DNA of 59,195 nt from Pelomyxa schiedti (Eukaryota; Protista; Evosea): the NCBI GenBank assembly GCA_020536535.1, contig JAHLWZ010000512.1:1-59195 (forward strand). The letters run 5' to 3'. The notes under the pieces are model-generated. The model had not been told where the DNA came from. It did no database searches and saw nothing but the letters and a program-made list of their open reading frames with translations. A program made the position numbers and the translations under genes. Shown piece by piece: positions 1 through 10,299 of the stretch (position 1 is the first letter of the stretch; the number at the start of each line of letters is the position of its first letter).

Positions 1-200
1 ACTTTGAGAACGTCTACAACCACGGCGAGGACTACTACGAGGAATGCGCCGCCAACAACGAGGCCGTCAACGCCGTTACCGCTGCAACATCCAGTAGCTC
101 CGCCACGTCGTCGTCATCCGACCCCGCTGACGCCCCCCTGGCCGGCACAAAGAGGCCCGCCTCTGCCCCAGCCTCAAAGAACCCTGATCCTCTAACTTGA
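1..200 (+). CDS. CWC2: Pre-mRNA splicing factor Cwc2, 3' end of last exon (second copy/haplotype, partial)
   Basis: Matches 27586-27785 with 4 differences (122, 125, 188, 191), all synonymous third positions; ends ..KNPDPLT-TGA at 198-200. Confidence 0.9.
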   Translation, partial: FENVYNHGEDYYEECAANNEAVNAVTAATSSSSATSSSSDPADAPLAGTKRPASAPASKNPDPLT

Positions 201-277
201 CCCCGCTTTTGAGGAAAGGAATAATATGTTTCCTATTTCTTTGGAAAAACCCTTGTAAACAGCTAAGAGGCATTGAC

Positions 278-2495
278 ATGGCTCTAAGTAACGGAAAAAA
301 ACCAACCAGTTTGGCGTTGTCCGGCAGGCCAACTCCTGATTTCGTTGAAACACAAGAACAGTAGTTGCGGAAACACTGAGAACTACGGCAGGTATTAATG
401 CAACAAGGGGAATGCAGCAGGGACGCCGTGTCCCGAGCGTGCAGTGCTGGGCGGATGCCTTGGATGCCCGACGGGTGGGACATCAACCAGCCGCTCAATG
501 AAGCTGGGCGCACGGCACTCCACGTCGCGTGCCTGGGGGGCCACGCCGGCCTAGTGCGGCAGCTTCTCGCGGCCGGCGCCGTGCGCGCCCCGCCTATTGA
601 CCCCAACGCAGCCGACCAGGACCAGTGGACGCCCCTTGTCCTGGCGTGCTATGAGGGCCGCACCGAGGTCATGGACATTTTGCTGCAGCACCCTGGCGTC
701 GACGCGAGCAGCACCTCCCCCCTGCACTATGCCTGCCTCGGGGCTCATGAAGACGCGGTGGGAGTTCTGCTGAGGCACAACAAGCTTGTTGACGTAAACG
801 CCCTGGGGACAGGCCTATTCGAAGGCCTTACGCCATTGCACGTGGCTGTGTTTCATAAGGTGCCAGGGGTTGTAAGAGTTCTGTTGGGAGCAGACGGCAT
901 CGATGTGATGAAGCGCAACTCCAACGGGGAAACGCCACTGGAAGCGGCAGAGAAAGATCACAACACTGACGTGTGCAATGTGCTGAAGGAGCACATATCC
1001 CAGAGGGCCCAGAAAATGGCGGAAAAACTAATCACCACTGGCGCATCACCACAAGCACAACGCGCATCATTGTTTGGGGGGATGCCAGTGACATCAGTCC
1101 CTCAAAGTGCACAAACATCAACAACCTCCCTTGTTGCCTCAGCAGTCAAAGAACCACAAAGTCAAGTCAACATCGAGGGGGTTGACCTGCCCGCTTTGCT
1201 TGAGAAGTTGAGGTTCTATGAAGAGAATTATCCAGCACTCCTTGCCAAGCAGAGTCAAATGGAGAGCGAGATCAGCAGGATAACACAGGAAAAGAATGAG
1301 CTCATGACAATGACTGACAACCAACTGAGGGACAAAACCACGAGAATCAAGGAGCTCGAGCAAGAGAACTCGTTGCTCAGATGGTTCAAGGTTCCTTTTT
1401 TCTTTTTCACTTTTGTTGATTAATTGGAACACAAGGACACATCTGAAACCATGACATCGTTGATTGGTGCCAACATCGACTCATTTGAAATGAAGAAATT
1501 CCTTGGATCTGGATCAAATGCAGCGACTTTTCAAGTTGGGTTCTTTCCAAGTGGCACTGGAAGATTGGGGACAAATGACAGCAGCAGTAGTAACAAATAC
1601 CCAGATAGCAGCACCTCGACAACTACGATGGCAATGAAAGTTTTGTTCAACTGGGAAAGCACACCACAGCAAACACTGATCAAGCAGAAGTACATGAAGG
1701 AATGTCTGGTCCTTGCATCACTCCCACTTCACAGAAATGTCATCCACCCTCTTGGCACACTTGTCATCCCTCGGTGTGTGTTCTTTCACCACCAACAATT
1801 CACCAACTAATATCTCGGGAAAAAGATTCCCACAGGAGTTCATTGATGCAATTCCATCAGAGCAGATTGTTAGCACTGAGTGCTGTGTCACACCTTGAGA
1901 GGTCACGAATTGTCCACAGGTTCTTATCTCTCCCTGCAATTACTATCACCAACCCTCAACCCCCAATACCACACAGGGACATCAAAGAGGACAACATCCT
2001 GGTTGACCCGGCCACACACAAGCTCACACTGATTGACTTTGGAGAGGCAGAGGAGTGCACAGGCCCCGACCTGCAAATGACAGTTCACAGGACAGGGCAG
2101 GTGTGGGGCAACACCGTCACACAATGCCGCCCGAGGTGTGCACGCTCAGCAAGGACATCATGAGGTCGCCACAGCCCTCCCGCGTGTTCTCGTTCTCCAA
2201 GTGTGACTCCTTCTCGCTCGCCCTCGCGTTCTATGACTCGCTGCTGCCACAGGGGACCAAGTTCATTGGTCAGTTCAAGGGTGACATGTCGTCCTTCAGC
2301 GCGTCGCTTCTCCCTCCGCTCCCTGGCCAATTCTGCTCCCTAACCCCTGCAACAACAGGATCCAACTGCACGATCAGTGGAGTGTTGAATACGATGATGT
2401 CACGTGACCGTGCAACAAGGCTATCTGCTGACGAGGCATTGCGCCTCACTGCTGATCAGTCCAATCACAGGAGATGCCCATTATTCGTGGACTGA
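278..2495 (+). pseudogene. Ankyrin-repeat / coiled-coil / PINK1-like Ser/Thr kinase gene; ankyrin part intact, kinase frameshifted
   Basis: ORF 398-1423 has ankyrin repeats (TALHVAC, TPLVLAC, PLHYAC, TPLHVAV, TPLEAA) then a coiled coil. Intron 1391-1435 joins in frame to kinase motifs GSGSNA, AMKVLFNW, HRDIKEDN, DFGEA, TMPPE. Frame breaks near 1866 and near 2120. Possible short first exon ATG278-287 with intron 288-380. Confidence 0.75.
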
Positions 2496-2649
2496 TTTGG
2501 AAGAAAGGAAAGAAGAAGGAGGGTTTTTCTCGTTTTTTTTCTTTTTGATCAACAGTTTTTTCCTTTGGAGACATGGCGGTGATTACACCGTCTGCCTCCC
2601 TGTTTTTTTATTGGCAAGTTCACAAAGGGTAGTCAGATGGAGGCTAGAT

Positions 2650-2754
2650 CTAATAGCCAACACCGAGGAGGTAGTCAGCCATGTCCTCGACGACCTTGGT
2701 GGCATTCCCGGGCTGCTTGGGCTCGACGTAGATTCCGACGAGGATGCACTTTCC
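2650..2754 (-). CDS. Profilin, C-terminal fragment (second copy/haplotype, cut by gap)
   Basis: Identical to 28772-28876; encodes GKCILVGIYVEPKQPGNATKVVEDMADYLLGVGY*. Confidence 0.9.
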   Translation of the reverse strand, partial: GKCILVGIYVEPKQPGNATKVVEDMADYLLGVGY

Positions 2755-2854
2755 NNNNNNNNNNNNNNNNNNNNNNNNNNNNNNNNNNNNNNNNNNNNNN
2801 NNNNNNNNNNNNNNNNNNNNNNNNNNNNNNNNNNNNNNNNNNNNNNNNNNNNNN
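2755..2854. other. Assembly gap (100 N)
   Basis: Run of exactly 100 N joining a profilin fragment to a Rab1 fragment. Confidence 0.99.
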
Positions 2855-3136
2855 CTTGACTGTCTTGGAGTCCAGTTCAATTGTTTTGATCTTGAAGTCC
2901 ACACCAATTGTGCTGATGTAGCTCTCAGTGTATGTGTCATCTGCAAATCGCAGCAAAAGGCAACCTTTGATGAGTCGTAAATTCATTTTGAATGCTTGTG
3001 CTAAGAAAGGGATACTTTTGCCAACTCCAGAGTCACCGATCAGCAACAATTTGAACAAGTAGTCACTGATCAAATGTTAGGGGATTTAGCAGCACTGTCA
3101 AACAGAAACACACTATTCAGGGGTCATGCTCGTCAT
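2855..3136 (-). CDS. RAB1: Rab1/Ypt1 GTPase, 5' part (3' part lost in gap)
   Basis: Removing two GT-AG introns gives [61 protein letters not shown], the canonical Rab1 N-terminus. Confidence 0.95.
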
Positions 3137-3392
3137 GTTGTTGTGTCTGTCTTTATTTCCTGTGAACCGTTGTTGTTGGGCTTTGTTTTTTATTTTTTTT
3201 ATTTGTTTTGAAGAAAAAATTCTGGTCTTTTTTTCTTTCAAATGGGGGTAGATATTCGTCGATTTCCCCCCAAACGCGGCGTATGAATGGGGTTAATGCT
3301 GGGAATTGACAAGACAGTGGTCGTTTGGGGTGTTACGGTTAATTTATTGTGACAATGGTTGCAACTTGAAGGGTTGCGAGAACACCCTGGGT

Positions 3393-4520
3393 TTACCGGG
3401 ACTCTCCAAGAATTTTCGTTACCAGTTGCAAAAAAGCATCCTGAACGTTGGCCCCGGTCATTGCGGAACACTCTCTGTTGTGGATGAGTTGTGATATTGA
3501 TAACGCGAAGACACATGAAAGGGATGCCTAATTCGTCGGCTAGCTGCCTCCCAGTCGCAGTCGGCACTTGCCGATTGGCTTCATCATCACACTGTTTTTT
3601 TGAATGTGGTGAGAATTACATTAGTAAGTAAATTTATTAGTGAGTAAATTTAATTCTATTTTTGGGAATGTGGTGGAGAATTACGGGGGTAAATAAATGT
3701 AATAAATTTTATTCTATGTACGGCACCATGTTGCCAACTAAGATTTTGTAAGCTCCTGGCGAGTGCTCTTCGAGCCTTCTGCACCAGTCTTTGATATAAT
3801 CAAATGTGTATGTCTTTCTGATGTCACTTGATGAGGGACAAAAGGTTGGAATTAAAAATAAGAAAAAATGTCATACTAGACCAGTAGTGCTCCATGTTTG
3901 CACCTAAAATCTAGTATTTTGAGGAACTGTACAATTGAAGATTGTCTTACAGCAACTGGGAACCCACACGCGTCTGATTGGGAAGATAGGTGAAAGAGAA
4001 GAAAATGGGGAATAGTAAATACGCTGGATTAAAGCAGCCGTCCCACTATTTGGTAATTTAGTGAAATAAATAGACGACTTCAAACTACAATTTGAATTGC
4101 CACAGGTTTATCTCCAGCTCGTATTGGGTGAGTTACAAAGTCGACCCCCGTATTCTCGACATAAATACTTGAGAACGTATTGCTCTGAGAGTAAAATGAA
4201 TGCATAAACCAAGATCAGCAAGGAACCCTACTACGAGACGGTTTTTCAAGGCCGCTGTATATGTTGAGCACAACGATAAGTAAAAAAAAAAAGAGGTGGA
4301 AATACTTTTGCCAGTGCGCATCTCTCCTAGCATGACAACTCTAAGTACAATTGCACCGCTGTCCAAGTTGGAGTTAAAACGAGAGAGAGGAACAAATCCA
4401 CACTGTTAATTTGTGTATTAGTTAAGCCAAAAAAAAAAACCTGGCATCAGGGAGGAGTGGCAACGGGCTCGGGCTTGTGGGAGGAGGGGACACCGGTGTC
4501 TCCGATTGGCTGCCGCCCAT
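3393..4520 (-). CDS. Divergent Rab-family small GTPase with N-terminal MGGSQS and no C-terminal prenylation motif
   Basis: Spliced model: MGGSQS..LRVVMLGEMRTGKTALKNRLVSNTFSSIYVENTGVDFV..IQIWDGC..GALLVYDI..ILVGNMCD..ELGIPFIECSAMTGANVQDAF..GESR*. Confidence 0.8.
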
Positions 4521-4724
4521 TGATCGATGCCCAAACGAGAAAACAATCAGCAGATGAGTTTTGGTCACTGGAATCAGAGAGAGTCTACTGCGAAATACAC
4601 CAGTCCGTCGGACAACCAAGTCTGATGGGAGAGTCTCTGAAACACACCTCATCAATTATCGTCTTCTTGTCTGTTGCTGTGTGAGCTTTTCACCTAAAAG
4701 TCGATTGATAGAACAAACAGGGAG

Positions 4725-7700
4725 ATGAGCTCCTCTGAGGACGATCAACAACAACCACCATCGACGACTACAGTCACACCTCGTCACCCTTCGTCGTCGT
4801 CGTCTTCGTCTTCGTCACACCACTCCTCCTCGTCGTCCTCGCAGACGCGGCCCAGGTCCCACTCCAAGACGACGACGCCGCGGGGGACCAGCGCCACCCC
4901 GCACCACCGCAAGAGATCCCCCTCGCCCCACCGCGTCGGCGGGGGCTCGCACTCGGCCCGCGGCGAGCACAGCCACGCCGACGAGAGGTCGCCGTCGCCG
5001 CCCCCGGGCCCCCACAGGGCCTCCACCCCACGCCTCCTCCTCTCCGCCGAAGGGGGAGGGGGAGGGGGAGGGGGAGGAGGAGGCGCGGCTGAAGCGGCCG
5101 ACAGGTCGCCGTCGCCGCCCCTGTCGGGGTCTGGGTCGCACCGCACGCCGCGGCTGGAGCGCTCCCCGACACCCCCGATATCGAGCGACGGGCTCCCCGC
5201 TGTCTCGCCTCGGGCGCACGGGCACTGCAGGCACAGGCACACGGTGAGGGTGGGGGACCCCCTCACGGAGGAAGGAGGGGGAGGCGGAGGGGGTGGGGGT
5301 GCTGTTGTTTTCACTGGGCTGCCGGAGCAGTCGCCGACGCCGCCGCCCGAGGGCGTGGGCGTGGGCGTGGGCGTGGGCGTGGGCGTGGGCGTGGGCGTGG
5401 GGGGGGATGTCAACGTGCCTGGGAAGCTGCCGGCCACGACCAAGCCGCGGTCTTTCTCGCTGCCTGCGAATAACTTGCCGAGCTTGAACTTTGGGGGTGG
5501 AGCTTCTGGGCCTGCTGATGGGATCACATCTGCTGGTGGAATTCCCTTGACTTCTCCTAGGAGCGGAGTCCCGCTCACTTCGCCACGAAGCCTGGGAGAC
5601 GGGTCCTTGATTTCTCCAAGTAATCCATCAATCAATCAATTGCACTCAAACTTCCGTCCGACCTCTGCCCTCTTTTAGTTTATAGTTTAACCTTTATACA
5701 CCAGGAAGGCTCATGGAACGCTCTACAACCTCACCCGATCTTCGTGCCCGAATTGCCTACAAGCGAGTTCAAGTGATGTCAGGCTTGAGTGTTACTTCGT
5801 ACTCCACCCAGCCTCTTCCTAATGCTGACCCCAACACCGATGCACAAACTACCAACGCAAATGAAACAAGTCCAGTCGTTCCGCACTTGCTTCCCCCAGG
5901 GAAGCATATCCCTGCGCACCCCAATCTAACACTCAACCTCTCATTTTTGCGCTCACCAACTCCTCCTTGTGTGCCAGCTGTAAATTCTCCTTCATTGCAC
6001 AAAAGTGATTCTTCCTCTCCAATCATCGCAATACCGGATCACCCGCCAACCCACTTGGTTAATAGAGGCAGATCTCTGAGTGAACCAATTCTCCCTTCCT
6101 GGGAATTTTCGATTTTGCTTGCAGGTAAAATTTCTACAAATTTAATTTAATTCCTTCTTTCTTCCAACAAACCAAGACCGTGAGGAACAGAAAGCAGTTT
6201 CACATCATCACTCCGCCCCTACAGTTCACGTAGATCAGACACCAGAAGTTGTCAGTCTAGAGTATGCTATCATCACATTTTTCACAGTTTATGAAACACC
6301 TGCAGTCACACACGGTGTGTGATAAAAAAGATTGGGGTTTCTGAATTGCCTAAAGTCATTTTCGATGGCTCATTCCGTAAGTGGGGTCTTTCTGTTAGCA
6401 GCCCACAGGGCCCTTTAACATATGCTTGAAGGAGGCCATGATGTAGAAATTTTAGTGTTGACTCATATGTTTTACATGGACTCTTCAAATTTGATTGAGC
6501 TCTTGCTCGCGAGGTACATACTCACCCATCATTTTGCTCTAAACATCTCATCAGCTACCAAACTAACGAATCTGACGAAGTACACCAAAAGTACGAAAAA
6601 TTCACAAAAAAATAGCTCATGTTCGTAGGGTGTTGAGTATCCTTGAGAGATGGGCAAAATATCTCCCCTCACAAGGGGTATTGTGTGACCCGATTTCGGA
6701 TAAAATATTCCATTTTGTAAATGGCTCTCTGAAACTCAATCCTAAGCACAAGACAACTGGTGATAGTATCCTGCATACTCTAAAAGAATCTCTTGTAAAT
6801 CATTGTGTATGTCAGTTCTTATTACTTTACCAAGGAATAAATCGTCCTTCTCTTCAGAAATTAACTCTATCCTCGCCCACGCAAACTCTTATGAAAGTAC
6901 GTCTTCCACTGTAGTTTTTTGCCTTTCATTTGATCTGAGAAAGATGGATGACACTATTTTGTTCTCAATTATTGAAGAAGGTATTTGGTGGCCAAGTCAC
7001 CTTCTCAAAACACGGAAAAAGTCTCTTGTCACCCCCCTTCTCAAGAAAAAATGTTTTCCAGGTATAGCATCAAGTAAAAGTGTCGAAATAATAAACATGG
7101 TACACCAGGTGATGAGATGATCGCCTACACACTCGAAAAGTGCCCATGGCTCACAAAAGAACAAATATTGGAGATAGGGACCACTCTAATTTCGCAGCAT
7201 AAAATGATGTGTCTGTCGAAGGAGCAAGTATTTAGAGAAGATAACAGATTTTATGGATTCATACAAAAAGTTTGAACGCTGTTAGTCTTTCATACTTCTA
7301 ATAAAAAAAATATTCTTCCAGGCACCCATGAAATTTCCTAAGCCAATTGTCCCATCATCTAAAGTATCCAACCCATATTTTTTAACTAATAAATATAACC
7401 GCAAACCAAGACTATAACGTTCTTTGACCTTTCTCCTTTGGTATGCCAACCTTTTACGGGATAATTTTGAAACACCAAATAGGAAGTCGCAAGGCAGCTC
7501 ACAATCATGGAAGCTGATATATTTCTTCACATTTCATTTGATGAGCTCACAACACAGGTTGTCTCCAAAAAAAAAGTAAACATTGCATTAAGAAATGAAG
7601 TAGGGCTGGAACAAAAGCAACCCCAAGGAAAGAGAACGACTCTCGCCAACTATTGTAAAATCTATTGCTCACTTCAACTGGGTTAGTAGTTTGGCCTGTT

Positions 7701-8535
7701 TCGCTATGGATTAACAGCCAAACAATCCAGATAACCTATTGGGTTGCCAGTGAAGTAGTTCTCACACCCAATTTACGACAAAGGATTTGTGTTCTTCACA
7801 GAATTATTCAAATTGCACAGGTCAATGAGCTTGTGCTCTTTTCATTTTCTAAGTCTCTTGCAGGCCTGCATGAGTGTGAGCAATTTTAATTCTGCGATCG
7901 CGATTTGCATTGGTTTGCAGCTATTTGCTGTTACCCGGCTCAAGAAAACTTGGCAGGTTTTTACATCTCCTTTTTTCATCAGGACTCATAAAGAAAAAGG
8001 GGATAACACAACAAGAATCGCAATTCGTTGTTGATACAGCAAATGATGTATTATTACACAACCTTAAAAACTATAGAGTTAAGCTATCTCAATCACAACT
8101 CCCGACAATACCTTATCTTGGTGCGTAAACAATTACAAGTACTTTCAATATCTAATCTTGAACTATCTCCCTTCCGCAGGGATGTGGTTGAAAGGTACAA
8201 TGCAACAACTACTTTGATTCTATATCTCACGTTTCAAAACCGCAAGACCTAACCGTTGAAAGCTTTACAAAGCAAGACTTTCTGGAAGCGGGTGTAATAA
8301 ACTGGAAAAAGATGACAACTTTGGCAGCTGTATATGCACATGTATACCACTTCCAGTCACGCAGGCACCCATTCCGTGCAATACCAAGTATTATATCGTA
8401 CCTGAAAAACGCTGTAGCAATATCAAACACCGACGTAAGCAAAACTTTTTCGTTTTAAAAAACCAAAACACTGACCAAAACAAACAGACTCTTATAGACA
8501 AATCTATTTTGTGTGAAAGCAATAATGCACATTAA
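4725..8535 (+). CDS. Ras guanine-nucleotide exchange factor (low-complexity N-terminus, REM, DEP, CDC25/RasGEF domain)
   Basis: Multi-exon. REM-like LTHMFYMDSSNLIELLLARY; DEP-like KKCFPG..EIGTTLISQH..FREDNRFYGF; CDC25 motifs EVARQLTIMEADIF, WVASEVV, NFNSAIAI..LQLFAVTRLKKTW, PTIPYLG. Stop TAA 8533-8535. Confidence 0.88.
5352..5399 (+). repeat. Coding hexamer repeat (GGCGTG)8 encoding (GV)8
   Basis: Perfect tandem repeat read directly in RasGEF exon 1. Confidence 0.9.
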
Positions 8536-8932
8536 TATCTTGGTACGGCAAAATGTATAAAATCCTCACTCAACCTTCTTATCCTGGTGTCGAACCCAAT
8601 TACTTATTTCTTCCGTCCCTCTACAACCACGATGAGACTGGGGTGCAACACCGTGATTCAGATTTTTATCTTCGTTGAGCCTTCTAGATTCCTCGCTATT
8701 TTTAAAAATCGATCGGCAAACGGAAAAAGAAGAAAAAAGAAATAAAACACCGACAGGTGCCGCGTCAAAGGGTTGGTCCCAAACGACACACGCTTAAAAT
8801 AAAAACAAAATAATAACGGACTCATCCCCCCACAAAAAGGCGTTAGCGTTTTACAACTTTCAAAAATTTTAACTGCTAAAACACAACCCACTCAGGTTAC
8901 CAAATCACATCAACACAGCAATACAAGGCAAA

Positions 8933-10227
8933 ATGGTCAGAATTGGGTTTATTGGTCTCGGTAAAATGGGGTCAGCCCTCATCACAGCCCTCATTGAGAA
9001 GGGCATGACCAAGCCTCACGAGGTGACCGGCGCCGATAAGGTACAAGAGTAATTCTCATTTCGTCGTTCTGTGCTAATTAACTAGTGCTTATTATGTAAT
9101 ACAAGTTATAAGTTCAAATGACATATGCCAAATAATAACACTCTTTATGGAGAACTTACAAACGAGTTTAGATCGATGCTGCACTTGAATTGGCTGCCAG
9201 AACGCTTAAGATAAACGTCACAAAGGACGTTGCTGCTGCTGTTGCTGCTAGTGAGGTCATTTTCCTCTCTGTCAAGCCACAGGATGTTGATGTCACTGTC
9301 AGGTAATCTTTAATTTTTACCTTCCAAATAAACACTAACTCAATCAACAATGTAGGGCGTTTGAGCACGCTTGGACATCTAAGAAGATTCTCATTTCCAT
9401 CTGTGCAGGTGTTCAATTGTGCACCCTAGAGGCGCTCCTTGGTCCTAAGTCCAAGGTTAACCGGACTCCAAATTAGTACCGTACTAAAAAGAGACTAGGT
9501 TGTGCGTGTGATGCCCAACGCTGCGGCTATGGCTGGAGCTATGGCTGCTGGCTTTGCCCCAAATAGCAACATCACTCCAGTTGATGCCGCATTTGTCGGT
9601 AAAATCCTCAATTGTGCTGGATTGGCCAAGCAAGTAAGCACATCAAGTAGTTCTGAAACCGCTTAACTTCTTCCAAAGGTCACGGAGGACCTTCTCAATT
9701 CCGTGACTGGCCTCAGTGGTTCTGGACCTGCCTATGTTGCCTACCTCATCAGGTCCGCGCCACCAACTCTGATACTTTTTATCTTATTCCTTTCCGCAGA
9801 GAGTTCGCCAAGGCCGGTGAGAAGGTCGGACTTGAGCCCGATATTGCCTACAAACTTGCTCTTCACACTTTCTATGGTACACCCCTTAGTTTTACTTCCG
9901 CTACTAGGCATCAATAACAACTCTTTTTTTCTCCCCCTGTGCAGGCTCCAGCAAAATGCTTGCGGATAAGAAGATAACACCAGATCAGCTGATCACCATT
10001 GTAACAAGCCCCAAGGGCACAACATGGGCCGGCCGCCAAGTTCTCGAGGTAATGAACCCCCTCCCAAAGAACATTAAACAAACAAACACCAATATGGTCT
10101 GACACACTCACAGCACAGCGATGTTTCTGATGTACTCCTCCGCACTGTCATTGCGGGCACTGAGAGGTCAAAGGAGCTAGGTGCTGCCGCCGCCGCTGCG
10201 ACAAGGAAGCTCAAGGCAAAGCTGTAA
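8933..10227 (+). CDS. proC: Pyrroline-5-carboxylate reductase with C-terminal PTS1-like -AKL
   Basis: Eight exons: MVRIGFIGLGKMG (Rossmann), FLSVKPQD, ISICAGV, VVRVMPN, VTGLSGSGPAYV, VTSPKGTT; ends RKLKAKL*. Confidence 0.95.
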
Positions 10228-10299
10228 CCACACACCCATTACATAGGCTCGAAGAAACAAACAACATACTCCAGTGATTTTTGAGTCTTTTTTTCTTTT

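Noticed and set aside
2964-3014. GTATCC donors (Rab1 intron 2, Roco intron 1, one TMK intron) as U12-type introns
   Set aside because: None has the full RTATCCTT or a clear CCTTAAC branch site, and donors here are so degenerate that the hexamer is expected by chance.
2675-3073. Apparent Rab1-profilin fusion ORFs
   Set aside because: Artefact of translating across the N gap.
3602-3716. Imperfect direct repeat GAATGTGGT(G)GAGAATTAC in the Rab-like intron
   Set aside because: Simple local duplication; only two copies, with no terminal inverted repeats or target-site duplication.
4774-5635. Long antisense ORFs over GC-rich exons (also 19175-20038, 33148-33588, 50450-51250)
   Set aside because: Shadow frames of GC-rich low-complexity coding sequence with no domain signal.
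8575-8605. GGTTCGAC B-box-like motif on the minus strand
   Set aside because: No pairing T-stem, acceptor stem or A-box.
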